Positions 49,301 to 64,000 of a stretch of DNA of 64,000 nt are shown piece by piece. Within the stretch, counting starts at the first letter, position 1, and each line of letters begins with the position of its first letter. A program made the translations under genes and the position numbers. This DNA comes from Eledone cirrhosa (lineage: Eukaryota), in contig OZ024749.1 of the NCBI GenBank assembly GCA_964016885.1, positions 19,654,001 through 19,718,000 of the forward strand, read 5' to 3'. The notes beneath the pieces are model-generated. The model ran no database searches and was not told the DNA's origin. It was given only the letters and a program-made list of their open reading frames with translations.

Positions 49301-49410
49301 CTATCTATACACTGTTAATGACTGTATTTACACTATCTATACACCGTTACTGACTGTATTTACACTATCTATACACTGTTAATGACTGTATTAACATTAT
49401 CTATACACTG
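37570..49410. repeat. Block duplication, offset 6777-6778 bp: about 37570-42630 repeated at about 44350-49410
   Basis: TTTATCCT (37597/44375), GTTAACG (39793/46570), 3-bp deletion CACCATTGAC (42411/49188). Confidence 0.88.
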
Positions 49411-52400
49411 TTAATGACTGTATTTATACTATCTATACACCGTTAATGACTGTATTTACACTATCTATACACCGTTAATGACTGTATTTACACTATCTAT
49501 ACACTGTTAATGACTGTATTTACACTATCTATACACCGTTAATGACTGTATTTACACTATCTATACACTGTTAATGACTGTCTTAACATTATCTATACAC
49601 TGTTAATGACTGTATTTACACTATCTAGACATTGTTAATGACTGTATTTACACTATCTATACACTGTTAATGACTGTACTTACACTATCTATACACTGTT
49701 AATGACTGTATTTACACTATCTATACACTGTTAATGACTATTTACACTATCTATACACTGTTAATGACTGTATATACACTATATATACACCGTTAATGAC
49801 TGTATTTACACTATCTATACACTGTTAATGACTGTATTTACACTATCTATACACCGTTAATGACTGTATTTACACTATCTATACACTGTTAATGACTGTA
49901 TTTACACAATCTATACACCGTTAATGACTGTAATTACACTATCTATACATTGTTAATGACTGTATCTACACTATCTATACACTGTTAATGACTGTATTTA
50001 CACTATCTATACACCGTTAATGACTGTAGTTACACTATCTATACACTGTTAATGACTGTATTTACACTATCTATACACTGTTAATGACTGTATTTACACT
50101 ATCTATACACTGTTAATGACTGTATTTACACTATCTATACACCGTTAATGACTGTATTTACACTATCTATACACCGTTAATGACTGTATTTACACTATCT
50201 ATACACCGTTAATGACTGTATTTACACTATCTATACACCTTTAATGACTGTATTTACACTATCTATACATTGTTAATGACTGTATTTACACTATCTATAC
50301 ACTGTTAATGACTGTATTTACACTATCTATACACTGTTAATGACTGTATTTACACTATCTATACATTGTTAATGACTGTATTTACACTATCTATACACTG
50401 TTAATGACTGTATTTACACTATCTATACACTGTTAATGACTGTATTTACACTATCTATACACTGTTAATGACTGTATTTACACCATCTATACACTGTTAA
50501 TGACTGTATTTACACTATCTATACACTATTAATGACTGTATTTACACTATCTATACATTGTTAATGACTGTATTTACACTATCTATACACTGTTAATGAC
50601 TGTATTTACACTATCTATACACTGTTAATGACTGTATTTACACTATCTATACACTGTTAATGACTGTATTTACACTATTTGTACATTGTTAATGACTGTT
50701 TTTTACACTATCTATACACTGTTAATGACTGTATTTACACTATCTATACACTGTTAATGACTGTATTTACACTATCTATACACTGTTAATGACTGTATTT
50801 ACACTATCTATACACTGTTAATGACTGTATTTACACTATCTATACACCGTTAATGACTGTATTTACACTATCTATACACTGTTAATGACTGTATTAACAT
50901 TATCTATACACTGTTAATGACTGTATTTACACTATCTATACATTGTTAATGACTGTATTTACACTATCTATACACTGTTAATGACTGTATTTACACTATC
51001 TATACACCGTTAATGACTGTATTTACACTATCTATACACTGTTAATGACTGTATTTACACAATCTATACACCGTTAATGACTGTATTTACACTATCTATA
51101 CACCGTTAATGACTGTATTTACACTATCTATACACCGTTAATGACTGTATTTACACTATCTATACACCGTTAATGACTGTATTTACACTATCTATACACC
51201 GTTAATGACTGTATTTACACTATCTATAAACCGTTAATGACTGTATTTACACTATCTATACATTGTTAATGACTGTATTTACACTATCTATACACTGTTA
51301 ATGACTATATTTACACTATCTATACACTGTTAATAACTGTATTTACACTATCTATACACTGTTAATGACTGTATTTACACTATCTATAAACCGTTAATGA
51401 CTGTATTTACACTATCTATACGTTGTTAATGACTGTATTTACACTATCTATACACTGTTAATGACTATATTTACACTATCTATACACTGTTAATAACTGT
51501 ATTTACACTATCTATACACTGTTAATGACTGTATTTACACTATCTATACATTGTTAATGACTGTATTTACACTATCTATACACTGTTAATGACTGTATTT
51601 ACACTATCTATACTCTGTTAATGACTGTATTTACACTATCTATACACTGTTAATGACTGTATTTACACTATCTATACACTGTTAATGACTGTATTTACAC
51701 TATCTATACACTGTTAATGACTGTATTTACACTATCTATACACCGTTAATGACTGTATTTACACTATCTATACACTGTTAATGACTGTATTTACACAATC
51801 TATACACCGTTAATGACTGTAATTACACTATCTATACATTGTTAATGACTGTATCTACACTATCTATACACTGTTAATGACTGTATTTACACTATCTATA
51901 CACCGTTAATGACTGTAGTTACACTATCTATACACTGTTAATGACTGTATTTACACTATCTATACACTGTTAATGACTGTATTTACACTATCTATACACT
52001 GTTAATGACTGTATTTACACTATCTATACACCGTTAATGACTGTATTTACACTATATATACACCGTTAATGACTGTATTTACACTATCTATACACCGTTA
52101 ATGACTGTATTTACACTATCTATACACTGTTAATGACTGTATTAACATTATCTATACACTGTTAATGACTGTATTTACACTATCTATACACCGTTAATGA
52201 CTGTATTTACACTATCTATACACCGTTAATGACTGTATTTACACTATCTATACACTGTTAATGACTGTATTTACACTATCTATACACTGTTAATGACTGT
52301 ATTTACACTATCTATACATTGTTAATGACTGTATTTACACTATCTATACACCATTGACTGTATTTACACTATCTATACACTGTTAATGACTGTATTTACA

Positions 52401-55400
52401 CTATTTATACACTGTTAATGACTGTATTTACACTATCTATACACTGTTAATGACTGTATTTACACTATCTATACACTGTTAATGATTGTATTTACACTAT
52501 CTATACACCGTTAATGACTGTATTTACACTATCTATACACTGTTAATGACTGTATTAACATTATCTATACACTGTTAATGACTGTATTTATCCTATCTAT
52601 ACACCGTTAATGACTGTATTTACATTATCTATACACTGTTAATGACTGTATTTACACTATCTATACACTGTTAATGACTGCATTTACACTATCTATACAC
52701 CGTTAATGACTGTATTTACACTATCTATACACTGTTAATAACTGTATTTACACTATCTATACACTGTTAATGACTGTATTTACACTATTTATATACTGTT
52801 AATAACTGTATTTACACTATCTATACACTGTTAATGACTGTATTTACACTATCTATACACTGTTAATGACTGTATTTACACTATCTATACACTGTTAATA
52901 ACTGTATTTACACTATCTATACATTGTTAATGACTGTATTTACACTATCTATACACTGTTAATGACTGTATTTACACTATCTATACACTGTTAATGACTG
53001 TATTTACACTATCTATACACTGTTAATAACTGTATTTACACTATCTATACACTGTTAATAACTGTATTTACACTATCTATACACTGTTAATGACTGTATT
53101 TACACTATCTATACATTGTTAATGACTGTATTTACACTATCTATACACTGTTAATGTCTGTATTTACACTATTTATACACTGTTAATGACTGTATTTACA
53201 CTATCTATACATTGTTAATGACTGTATTTACACTATCTATACACTGTTAATGACTGTATTTACACTATTTATATACTGTTAATAACTGCATTTACACTAT
53301 CTATACACTGTTAATGACTGTATTTACACTATCTATACACTGTTAATGACTGTATTTACACTATCTATACACTGTTAATAACTGTATTTACACTATCTAT
53401 ACATTGTTAATGACTGTATTTACACTATCTATACACTGTTAATGACTGTATTTACACTATCTATACACTGTTAATGACTGTATTTACACTATCTATACAC
53501 TGTTAATAACTGTATTTACACTATCTATACACTGTTAATAACTGTATTTACACTATCTATACACTGTTAATGACTGTATTTACACTATCTATACATTGTT
53601 AATGACTGTATTTACACTATCTATACACTGTTAATGTCTGTATTTACACTATTTATACACTGTTAATAACTGTATTTACACTATCTATACACTGTTAATG
53701 ACTGTATTTACACTATCTATATACTGTTAATGACTGTATTTACACTATCTATACACTGTTAATGACTGTATTTACACTATCTATACACTGTTAATGACTG
53801 TATTTACACTATCTATACACTGTTAATGACTGTATTTACACTATCTATACACTGTTAATGACTGTATTTACACTATCTATACACTGTTAATGACTGTATT
53901 TACACTATCTATACACTGTTAATGACTGTATATACACTATCTATACACTGTTAATGACTGTATTTACACTATCTATACACCGTTAATGACTGTATTTACA
54001 CTATCTATACACCGTTAATGACTGTATTTACACTATCTATACACCGTCAATGACTGTATTTACACTATCTATACACCGTTAATGACTGTATTTACACTAT
54101 CTATACACCGTTAATGACTGTATTTACACTATCTATACACCATTAATGACTGTATTTACACTATCTATAAACCGTGAATGACTGTATTTACACTATCTAT
54201 ACATTGTTAATGACTGTATTTACACTATCTATACACTGTTAATGACTATATTTACACTATCTATACACTGTTAATAACTGTATTTACACTATCTATACAC
54301 TGTTAATGACTGTATTTACACTATCTATACATTGTTAATGACTGTATTTACGCTATCTATACACTGTTAATGACTGTATTTACACTATCTATACACTGTT
54401 AATGACTGTATTAACATTATCTATACACTGTTAATGACTGTATTTACACTATCTATACACCGTTAATGACTGTATTTACACTATCTATACACCGTTAATG
54501 ACTGTATTTACACTATCTATACACCGTTAATGACTGTATCTACACTATCTATACACTGTTAATGACTGTATTTACACTATCTATACACCGTTAATGACTG
54601 TATTTACACTATCTATACACTGTTAATGACTGTCTTAACATTATCTATACACTGTTAATGACTGTATTTACACTATCTATACATTGTTAATGACTGTATT
54701 TACACTATCTATACACTGTTAATGACTGTATTTACACTATCTATACACTGTTAATGACTGTACTTACACTATCTATACACTGTTAACGACTGTATTTACA
54801 CTATCTATACACTGTTAATGACTGTATTTACACTATCTATACACTGTTAATGACTGTATATACACTATCTATACACCGTTAATGACTGTATTTACACTAT
54901 CTATGCACCGTTAATGACTGTATTTACACTATCTATACACTGTTAATGAGTGTATTTACACTATCTATACACCGTTAATGACTGTATTTACACTATCTAT
55001 ACACTGTTAATGACTGTATTTACACTATCTATACACCGTTAATGACTGTATTTACACTATCTATACACCGTTAATGACTGTATTTACACTATCTATACAC
55101 CGTTAATGACTGTATTTACACTATCTATACACCGTTAATGACTGTATTTACACTATCTATACACCGTTAATGACTGTATTTACACTATCTATACACCGTT
55201 AATGACTGTATTTACACTATCTATAAACCGTTAATGACTGTATTTACACTATCTATACATTGTTAATGACTGTATTTACACTATCTATACACTGTTAATG
55301 ACTATATTTACACTATCTATACACTGTTAATAACTGTATTTACACTATCTATACACTGTTAATGACTGTATTTACACTATCTATACATTGTTAATGACTG

Positions 55401-55880
55401 TATTTACACTATCTATACACTGTTAATGACTGTATTTACACTATCTATACACTGTTAATGACTGTATTTACACTATCTATACACTGTTAATGACTGTATT
55501 TACACTATCTATACACTGTTAATAACTGTATTTACATTATCTATACACTGTTAATAACTGTATTTACACTATCTATACACCGTTAATGACTGTATTTACA
55601 CTATCTATACACCGTCAATGACTGTATTTACACTATCTATACACCGTTAATGACTGTATTTACACTATCTATACACCGTTAATGACTGTATTTACACTAT
55701 CTATACACCGTTAATGACTGTATTTACACTATCTATAAACCGTGAATGACTGTATTTACACTATCTATACATTGTTAATGACTGTATTTACACTATCTAT
55801 ACACTGTTAATGACTATATTTACACTATCTATACACTGTTAATAACTGTATTTACACTATCTATACACTGTTAATGACTG
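43900..55880. repeat. Block duplication, offset 8216-8217 bp: about 43900-47660 repeated at about 52120-55880
   Basis: CACCATTGAC (44136/52352), AATGATTG, GTTAACG (46570/54787), AATGAGTGT (46733/54950). Confidence 0.88.
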
Positions 55881-58800
55881 TATTTACACTATCTATACAC
55901 CGTTAATGACTGTATTTACACTATCTATACACTGTTAATGACTGTATTTACACAATCTATACACCGTTAATGACTGTAATTACACTATCTATACATTGTT
56001 AATGACTGTATCTACACTATCTATACACTGTTAATGACTGTATTTACACTATCTATACACCGTTAATGACTGTAGTTACACTATCTATACACTGTTAATG
56101 ACTGTATTTACACTATCTATACACTGTTAATGACTGTATTTACACTATCTATACACTGTTAATGACTGTATTTACACTATCTATACACCGTTAATGACTG
56201 TATTTACACTATCTATACACCGTTAATGACTGTATTTACACTATCTATACACCGTTAATGACTGTATTTACACTATCTATACACCTTTAATGACTGTATT
56301 TACACTATCTATACATTGTTAATGACTGTATTTACACTATCTATACACTGTTAATGACTGTATTTACACTATCTATACACTGTTAATGACTGTATTTACA
56401 CTATCTATACATTGTTAATGACTGTATTTACACTATCTATACACTGTTAATGACTGTATTTACACTATCTATACACTGTTAATGACTGTATTTACACTAT
56501 CTATACACTGTTAATGACTGTATTTACACCATCTATACACTGTTAATGACTGTATTTACACTATCTATACACTATTAATGACTGTATTTACACTATCTAT
56601 ACATTGTTAATGACTGTATTTACACTATCTATACACTGTTAATGACTGTATTTACACTATCTATACACTGTTAATGACTGTATTTACACTATCTATACAC
56701 TGTTAATGACTGTATTTACACTATTTGTACATTGTTAATGACTGTTTTTTACACTATCTATACACTGTTAATGACTGTATTTACACTATCTATACACTGT
56801 TAATGACTGTATTTACACTATCTATACACTGTTAATGACTGTATTTACACTATCTATACACTGTTAATGACTGTATTTACACTATCTATACACCGTTAAT
56901 GACTGTATTTACACTATCTATACACTGTTAATGACTGTATTAACATTATCTATACACTGTTAATGACTGTATTTACACTATCTATACATTGTTAATGACT
57001 GTATTTACACTATCTATACACTGTTAATGACTGTATTTACACTATCTATACACCGTTAATGACTGTATTTACACTATCTATACACTGTTAATGACTGTAT
57101 TTACACAATCTATACACCGTTAATGACTGTATTTACACTATCTATACACCGTTAATGACTGTATTTACACTATCTATACACCGTTAATGACTGTATTTAC
57201 ACTATCTATACACCGTTAATGACTGTATTTACACTATCTATACACCGTTAATGACTGTATTTACACTATCTATAAACCGTTAATGACTGTATTTACACTA
57301 TCTATACATTGTTAATGACTGTATTTACACTATCTATACACTGTTAATGACTATATTTACACTATCTATACACTGTTAATAACTGTATTTACACTATCTA
57401 TACACTGTTAATGACTGTATTTACACTATCTATAAACCGTTAATGACTGTATTTACACTATCTATACGTTGTTAATGACTGTATTTACACTATCTATACA
57501 CTGTTAATGACTATATTTACACTATCTATACACTGTTAATAACTGTATTTACACTATCTATACACTGTTAATGACTGTATTTACACTATCTATACATTGT
57601 TAATGACTGTATTTACACTATCTATACACTGTTAATGACTGTATTTACACTATCTATACTCTGTTAATGACTGTATTTACACTATCTATACACTGTTAAT
57701 GACTGTATTTACACTATCTATACACTGTTAATGACTGTATTTACACTATCTATACACTGTTAATGACTGTATTTACACTATCTATACACCGTTAATGACT
57801 GTATTTACACTATCTATACACTGTTAATGACTGTATTTACACAATCTATACACCGTTAATGACTGTAATTACACTATCTATACATTGTTAATGACTGTAT
57901 CTACACTATCTATACACTGTTAATGACTGTATTTACACTATCTATACACCGTTAATGACTGTAGTTACACTATCTATACACTGTTAATGACTGTATTTAC
58001 ACTATCTATACATTGTTAATGACTGTATTTACGCTATCTATACACTGTTAATGACTGTATTTACACTATCTATACACTGTTAATGACTGTATTAACATTA
58101 TCTATACACTGTTAATGACTGTATTTACACTATCTATACACCGTTAATGACTGTATTTACACTATCTATACACCGTTAATGACTGTATTTACACTATCTA
58201 TACACCGTTAATGACTGTATCTACACTATCTATACACTGTTAATGACTGTATTTACACTATCTATACACCGTTAATGACTGTATTTACACTATCTATACA
58301 CTGTTAATGACTGTCTTAACATTATCTATACACTGTTAATGACTGTATTTACACTATCTATACATTGTTAATGACTGTATTTACACTATCTATACACTGT
58401 TAATGACTGTATTTACACTATCTATACACTGTTAATGACTGTACTTACACTATCTATACACTGTTAACGACTGTATTTACACTATCTATACACTGTTAAT
58501 GACTGTATTTACACTATCTATACACTGTTAATGACTGTATATACACTATCTATACACCGTTAATGACTGTATTTACACTATCTATGCACCGTTAATGACT
58601 GTATTTACACTATCTATACACTGTTAATGAGTGTATTTACACTATCTATACACCGTTAATGACTGTATTTACACTATCTATACACTGTTAATGACTGTAT
58701 TTACACTATCTATACACCGTTAATGACTGTATTTACACTATCTATACACCGTTAATGACTGTATTTACACTATCTATACACCGTTAATGACTGTATTTAC

Positions 58801-61800
58801 ACTATCTATAAACCGTTAATGACTGTATTTACACTATCTATACATTGTTAATGACTGTATTTACACTATCTATACACTGTTAATGACTATATTTACACTA
58901 TCTATACACTGTTAATAACTGTATTTACACTATCTATACACTGTTAATGACTGTATTTACACTATCTATACATTGTTAATGACTGTATTTACACTATCTA
59001 TACACTGTTAATGACTGTATTTACACTATCTATACACTGTTAATGACTGTATTTACACTATCTATACACTGTTAATGACTGTATTTACACTATCTATACA
59101 CTGTTAATAACTGTATTTACATTATCTATACACTGTTAATAACTGTATTTACACTATCTATACACCGTTAATGACTGTATTTACACTATCTATACACCGT
59201 CAATGACTGTATTTACACTATCTATACACCGTTAATGACTGTATTTACACTATCTATACACCGTTAATGACTGTATTTACACTATCTATACACCGTTAAT
59301 GACTGTATTTACACTATCTATAAACCGTGAATGACTGTATTTACACTATCTATACATTGTTAATGACTGTATTTACACTATCTATACACTGTTAATGACT
59401 ATATTTACACTATCTATACACTGTTAATAACTGTATTTACACTATCTATACACTGTTAATGACTGTATTTACACTATCTATACACCGTTAATGACTGTAT
59501 TTACACTATCTATACACTGTTAATGACTGTATTTACACAATCTATACACCGTTAATGACTGTAATTACACTATCTATACATTGTTAATGACTGTATCTAC
59601 ACTATCTATACACTGTTAATGACTGTATTTACACTATCTATACACCGTTAATGACTGTAGTTACACTATCTATACACTGTTAATGACTGTATTTACACTA
59701 TCTATACACTGTTAATGACTGTATTTACACTATCTATACACTGTTAATGACTGTATTTACACTATCTATACACCGTTAATGACTGTATTTACACTATCTA
59801 TACACCGTTAATGACTGTATTTACACTATCTATACACCGTTAATGACTGTATTTACACTATCTATACACCTTTAATGACTGTATTTACACTATCTATACA
59901 TTGTTAATGACTGTATTTACACTATCTATACACTGTTAATGACTGTATTTACACTATCTATACACTGTTAATGACTGTATTTACACTATCTATACATTGT
60001 TAATGACTGTATTTACACTATCTATACACTGTTAATGACTGTATTTACACTATCTATACACTGTTAATGACTGTATTTACACTATCTATACACTGTTAAT
60101 GACTGTATTTACACCATCTATACACTGTTAATGACTGTATTTACACTATCTATACACTATTAATGACTGTATTTACACTATCTATACATTGTTAATGACT
60201 GTATTTACACTATCTATACACTGTTAATGACTGTATTTACACTATCTATACACTGTTAATGACTGTATTTACACTATCTATACACTGTTAATGACTGTAT
60301 TTACACTATTTGTACATTGTTAATGACTGTTTTTTACACTATCTATACACTGTTAATGACTGTATTTACACTATCTATACACTGTTAATGACTGTATTTA
60401 CACTATCTATACACTGTTAATGACTGTATTTACACTATCTATACACTGTTAATGACTGTATTTACACTATCTATACACCGTTAATGACTGTATTTACACT
60501 ATCTATACACTGTTAATGACTGTATTAACATTATCTATACACTGTTAATGACTGTATTTACACTATCTATACATTGTTAATGACTGTATTTACACTATCT
60601 ATACACTGTTAATGACTGTATTTACACTATCTATACACCGTTAATGACTGTATTTACACTATCTATACACTGTTAATGACTGTATTTACACAATCTATAC
60701 ACCGTTAATGACTGTATTTACACTATCTATACACCGTTAATGACTGTATTTACACTATCTATACACCGTTAATGACTGTATTTACACTATCTATACACCG
60801 TTAATGACTGTATTTACACTATCTATACACCGTTAATGACTGTATTTACACTATCTATAAACCGTTAATGACTGTATTTACACTATCTATACATTGTTAA
60901 TGACTGTATTTACACTATCTATACACTGTTAATGACTATATTTACACTATCTATACACTGTTAATAACTGTATTTACACTATCTATACACTGTTAATGAC
61001 TGTATTTACACTATCTATAAACCGTTAATGACTGTATTTACACTATCTATACGTTGTTAATGACTGTATTTACACTATCTATACACTGTTAATGACTATA
61101 TTTACACTATCTATACACTGTTAATAACTGTATTTACACTATCTATACACTGTTAATGACTGTATTTACACTATCTATACATTGTTAATGACTGTATTTA
61201 CACTATCTATACACTGTTAATGACTGTATTTACACTATCTATACTCTGTTAATGACTGTATTTACACTATCTATACACTGTTAATGACTGTATTTACACT
61301 ATCTATACACTGTTAATGACTGTATTTACACTATCTATACACTGTTAATGACTGTATTTACACTATCTATACACCGTTAATGACTGTATTTACACTATCT
61401 ATACACTGTTAATGACTGTATTTACACAATCTATACACCGTTAATGACTGTAATTACACTATCTATACATTGTTAATGACTGTATCTACACTATCTATAC
61501 ACTGTTAATGACTGTATTTACACTATCTATACACCGTTAATGACTGTAGTTACACTATCTATACACTGTTAATGACTGTATTTACACTATCTATACACTG
61601 TTAATGACTGTATTTACACTATCTATACACTGTTAATGACTGTATTTACACTATCTATACACCGTTAATGACTGTATTTACACTATATATACACCGTTAA
61701 TGACTGTATTTACACTATCTATACACCGTTAATGACTGTATTTACACTATCTATACACTGTTAATGACTGTATTAACATTATCTATACACTGTTAATGAC

Positions 61801-64000
61801 TGTATTTACACTATCTATACACCGTTAATGACTGTATTTACACTATCTATACACCGTTAATGACTGTATTTACACTATCTATACACTGTTAATGACTGTA
61901 TTTACACTATCTATACACTGTTAATGACTGTATTTACACTATCTATACATTGTTAATGACTGTATTTACACTATCTATACACCATTGACTGTATTTACAC
62001 TATCTATACACTGTTAATGACTGTATTTACACTATTTATACACTGTTAATGACTGTATTTACACTATCTATACACTGTTAATGACTGTATTTACACTATC
62101 TATACACTGTTAATGATTGTATTTACACTATCTATACACCGTTAATGACTGTATTTACACTATCTATACACTGTTAATGACTGTATTAACATTATCTATA
62201 CACTGTTAATGACTGTATTTATCCTATCTATACACCGTTAATGACTGTATTTACATTATCTATACACTGTTAATGACTGTATTTACACTATCTATACACT
62301 GTTAATGACTGCATTTACACTATCTATACACCGTTAATGACTGTATTTACACTATCTATACACTGTTAATAACTGTATTTACACTATCTATACACTGTTA
62401 ATGACTGTATTTACACTATTTATATACTGTTAATAACTGTATTTACACTATCTATACACTGTTAATGACTGTATTTACACTATCTATACACTGTTAATGA
62501 CTGTATTTACACTATCTATACACTGTTAATAACTGTATTTACACTATCTATACATTGTTAATGACTGTATTTACACTATCTATACACTGTTAATGACTGT
62601 ATTTACACTATCTATACACTGTTAATGACTGTATTTACACTATCTATACACTGTTAATAACTGTATTTACACTATCTATACACTGTTAATAACTGTATTT
62701 ACACTATCTATACACTGTTAATGACTGTATTTACACTATCTATACATTGTTAATGACTGTATTTACACTATCTATACACTGTTAATGTCTGTATTTACAC
62801 TATTTATACACTGTTAATGACTGTATTTACACTATCTATACATTGTTAATGACTGTATTTACACTATCTATACACTGTTAATGACTGTATTTACACTATT
62901 TATATACTGTTAATAACTGCATTTACACTATCTATACACTGTTAATGACTGTATTTACACTATCTATACACTGTTAATGACTGTATTTACACTATCTATA
63001 CACTGTTAATAACTGTATTTACACTATCTATACATTGTTAATGACTGTATTTACACTATCTATACACTGTTAATGACTGTATTTACACTATCTATACACT
63101 GTTAATGACTGTATTTACACTATCTATACACTGTTAATAACTGTATTTACACTATCTATACACTGTTAATAACTGTATTTACACTATCTATACACTGTTA
63201 ATGACTGTATTTACACTATCTATACATTGTTAATGACTGTATTTACACTATCTATACACTGTTAATGTCTGTATTTACACTATTTATACACTGTTAATAA
63301 CTGTATTTACACTATCTATACACTGTTAATGACTGTATTTACACTATCTATATACTGTTAATGACTGTATTTACACTATCTATACACTGTTAATGACTGT
63401 ATTTACACTATCTATACACTGTTAATGACTGTATTTACACTATCTATACACTGTTAATGACTGTATTTACACTATCTATACACTGTTAATGACTGTATTT
63501 ACACTATCTATACACTGTTAATGACTGTATTTACACTATCTATACACTGTTAATGACTGTATATACACTATCTATACACTGTTAATGACTGTATTTACAC
63601 TATCTATACACCGTTAATGACTGTATTTACACTATCTATACACCGTTAATGACTGTATTTACACTATCTATACACCGTCAATGACTGTATTTACACTATC
63701 TATACACCGTTAATGACTGTATTTACACTATCTATACACCGTTAATGACTGTATTTACACTATCTATACACCATTAATGACTGTATTTACACTATCTATA
63801 AACCGTGAATGACTGTATTTACACTATCTATACATTGTTAATGACTGTATTTACACTATCTATACACTGTTAATGACTATATTTACACTATCTATACACT
63901 GTTAATAACTGTATTTACACTATCTATACACTGTTAATGACTGTATTTACACTATCTATACATTGTTAATGACTGTATTTACGCTATCTATACACTGTTA
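49830..64000. repeat. Nested duplications: about 49830-54369 repeated at about 59460-64000 (offset 9631); about 49830-51960 also at about 55880-58000 (offset 6046); about 54330-58000 tandemly repeated at about 58010-61590 (offset 3681 then 3585)
   Basis: TTTGTAC G at 50681/56727/60312; CACCATTG 52352/61983; TACGCTAT 54352/63983; GAGTGT 54950/58631; GTTAACG 54787/58468. Confidence 0.9.

Larger units (their letters stand above)
1..64000. repeat. 32-bp tandem satellite/minisatellite array, 2,000 head-to-tail monomers plus a partial, extending beyond both window edges
   Basis: Consensus ACACTATCTATACACTGTTAATGACTGTATTT (10 A, 6 C, 3 G, 13 T) recurs every 32 bp from base 1 to the last monomer start at 63981. 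Most copies have 0-2 substitutions. The 26 indels I counted sum to -20, which matches 63980 = 2000x32 - 20. Confidence 0.99.

Noticed and set aside
54787-58468. Fixed 3681-bp higher-order period, since this offset also occurs at 1-4800
   Set aside because: The two regions carry different variant strings, and the offset shifts to 3585 within the same duplication, so it is probably a coincidence.
1-64000. CRISPR array (32-bp unit with weak dyad symmetry)
   Set aside because: Units are directly adjacent with no unique spacers, no leader and no cas genes.
1-64000. Repetitive protein-coding ORF
   Set aside because: The + strand has TAA TGA in each monomer and the - strand has TAA/TAG. Because 32 is not divisible by 3, every frame meets a stop within about 96 bp.
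1-64000. Telomerase-type telomeric repeat
   Set aside because: No G-rich strand (3 G on +, 6 on - per 32 bp, no G runs), and kb-scale ordered variant duplications indicate recombinational copying rather than templated addition.
1-64000. Fungal RIP signature (TpG to TpA variants such as TAATAA and ACTATA)
   Set aside because: All three consensus Gs follow T, so any G-to-A change looks RIP-like. Overall divergence is low, and the commonest variant is T/C at a non-RIP context.
1-64000. Transposon insertions at the about 2,000 TTAA sites, or promoter/polyA motifs (TATA-like, TAATAA)
   Set aside because: No inserted sequence, terminal repeats or inversions are seen; short AT motifs are expected in a 72% AT repeat.
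1-64000. Variant pattern as an encoded message or recording system
   Set aside because: The recurrence is fully explained by block duplication of point mutations; no machinery or external template is visible in the window.

Overview
The whole 64-kb window is one uninterrupted, single-orientation tandem array of a 32-bp AT-rich monomer (consensus ACACTATCTATACACTGTTAATGACTGTATTT, about 28% GC). It holds 2,000 monomers plus a 20-bp partial, and the array runs off both edges. I see no genes, RNA genes, transposons, CRISPR spacers or unique sequence; stops recur in all six frames at least every 96 bp. The informative signal is in the variants. Rare substitutions and indels recur in the same order and reveal a nested patchwork of block duplications (offsets of 160, 480, 1120, 2782, 3585/3681, 4766, 5857, 6046, 6304, 6777, 8217 and 9631 bp) rather than one regular higher-order repeat. 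The monomer is built from three 11/11/10-bp subrepeats and contains a quasi-palindrome that recurrent variants perfect from either arm. One T/C site toggles a CpG in clustered runs. A near-invariant stretch at about 11.4-13.1 kb, rich in singleton indels, looks like an assembly seam. This is most consistent with eukaryotic satellite/minisatellite heterochromatin; I cannot assign a taxon or named family, and I found no support for a novel protein-coding system. All coordinates and offsets were read by eye; block boundaries are approximate to a few monomers.
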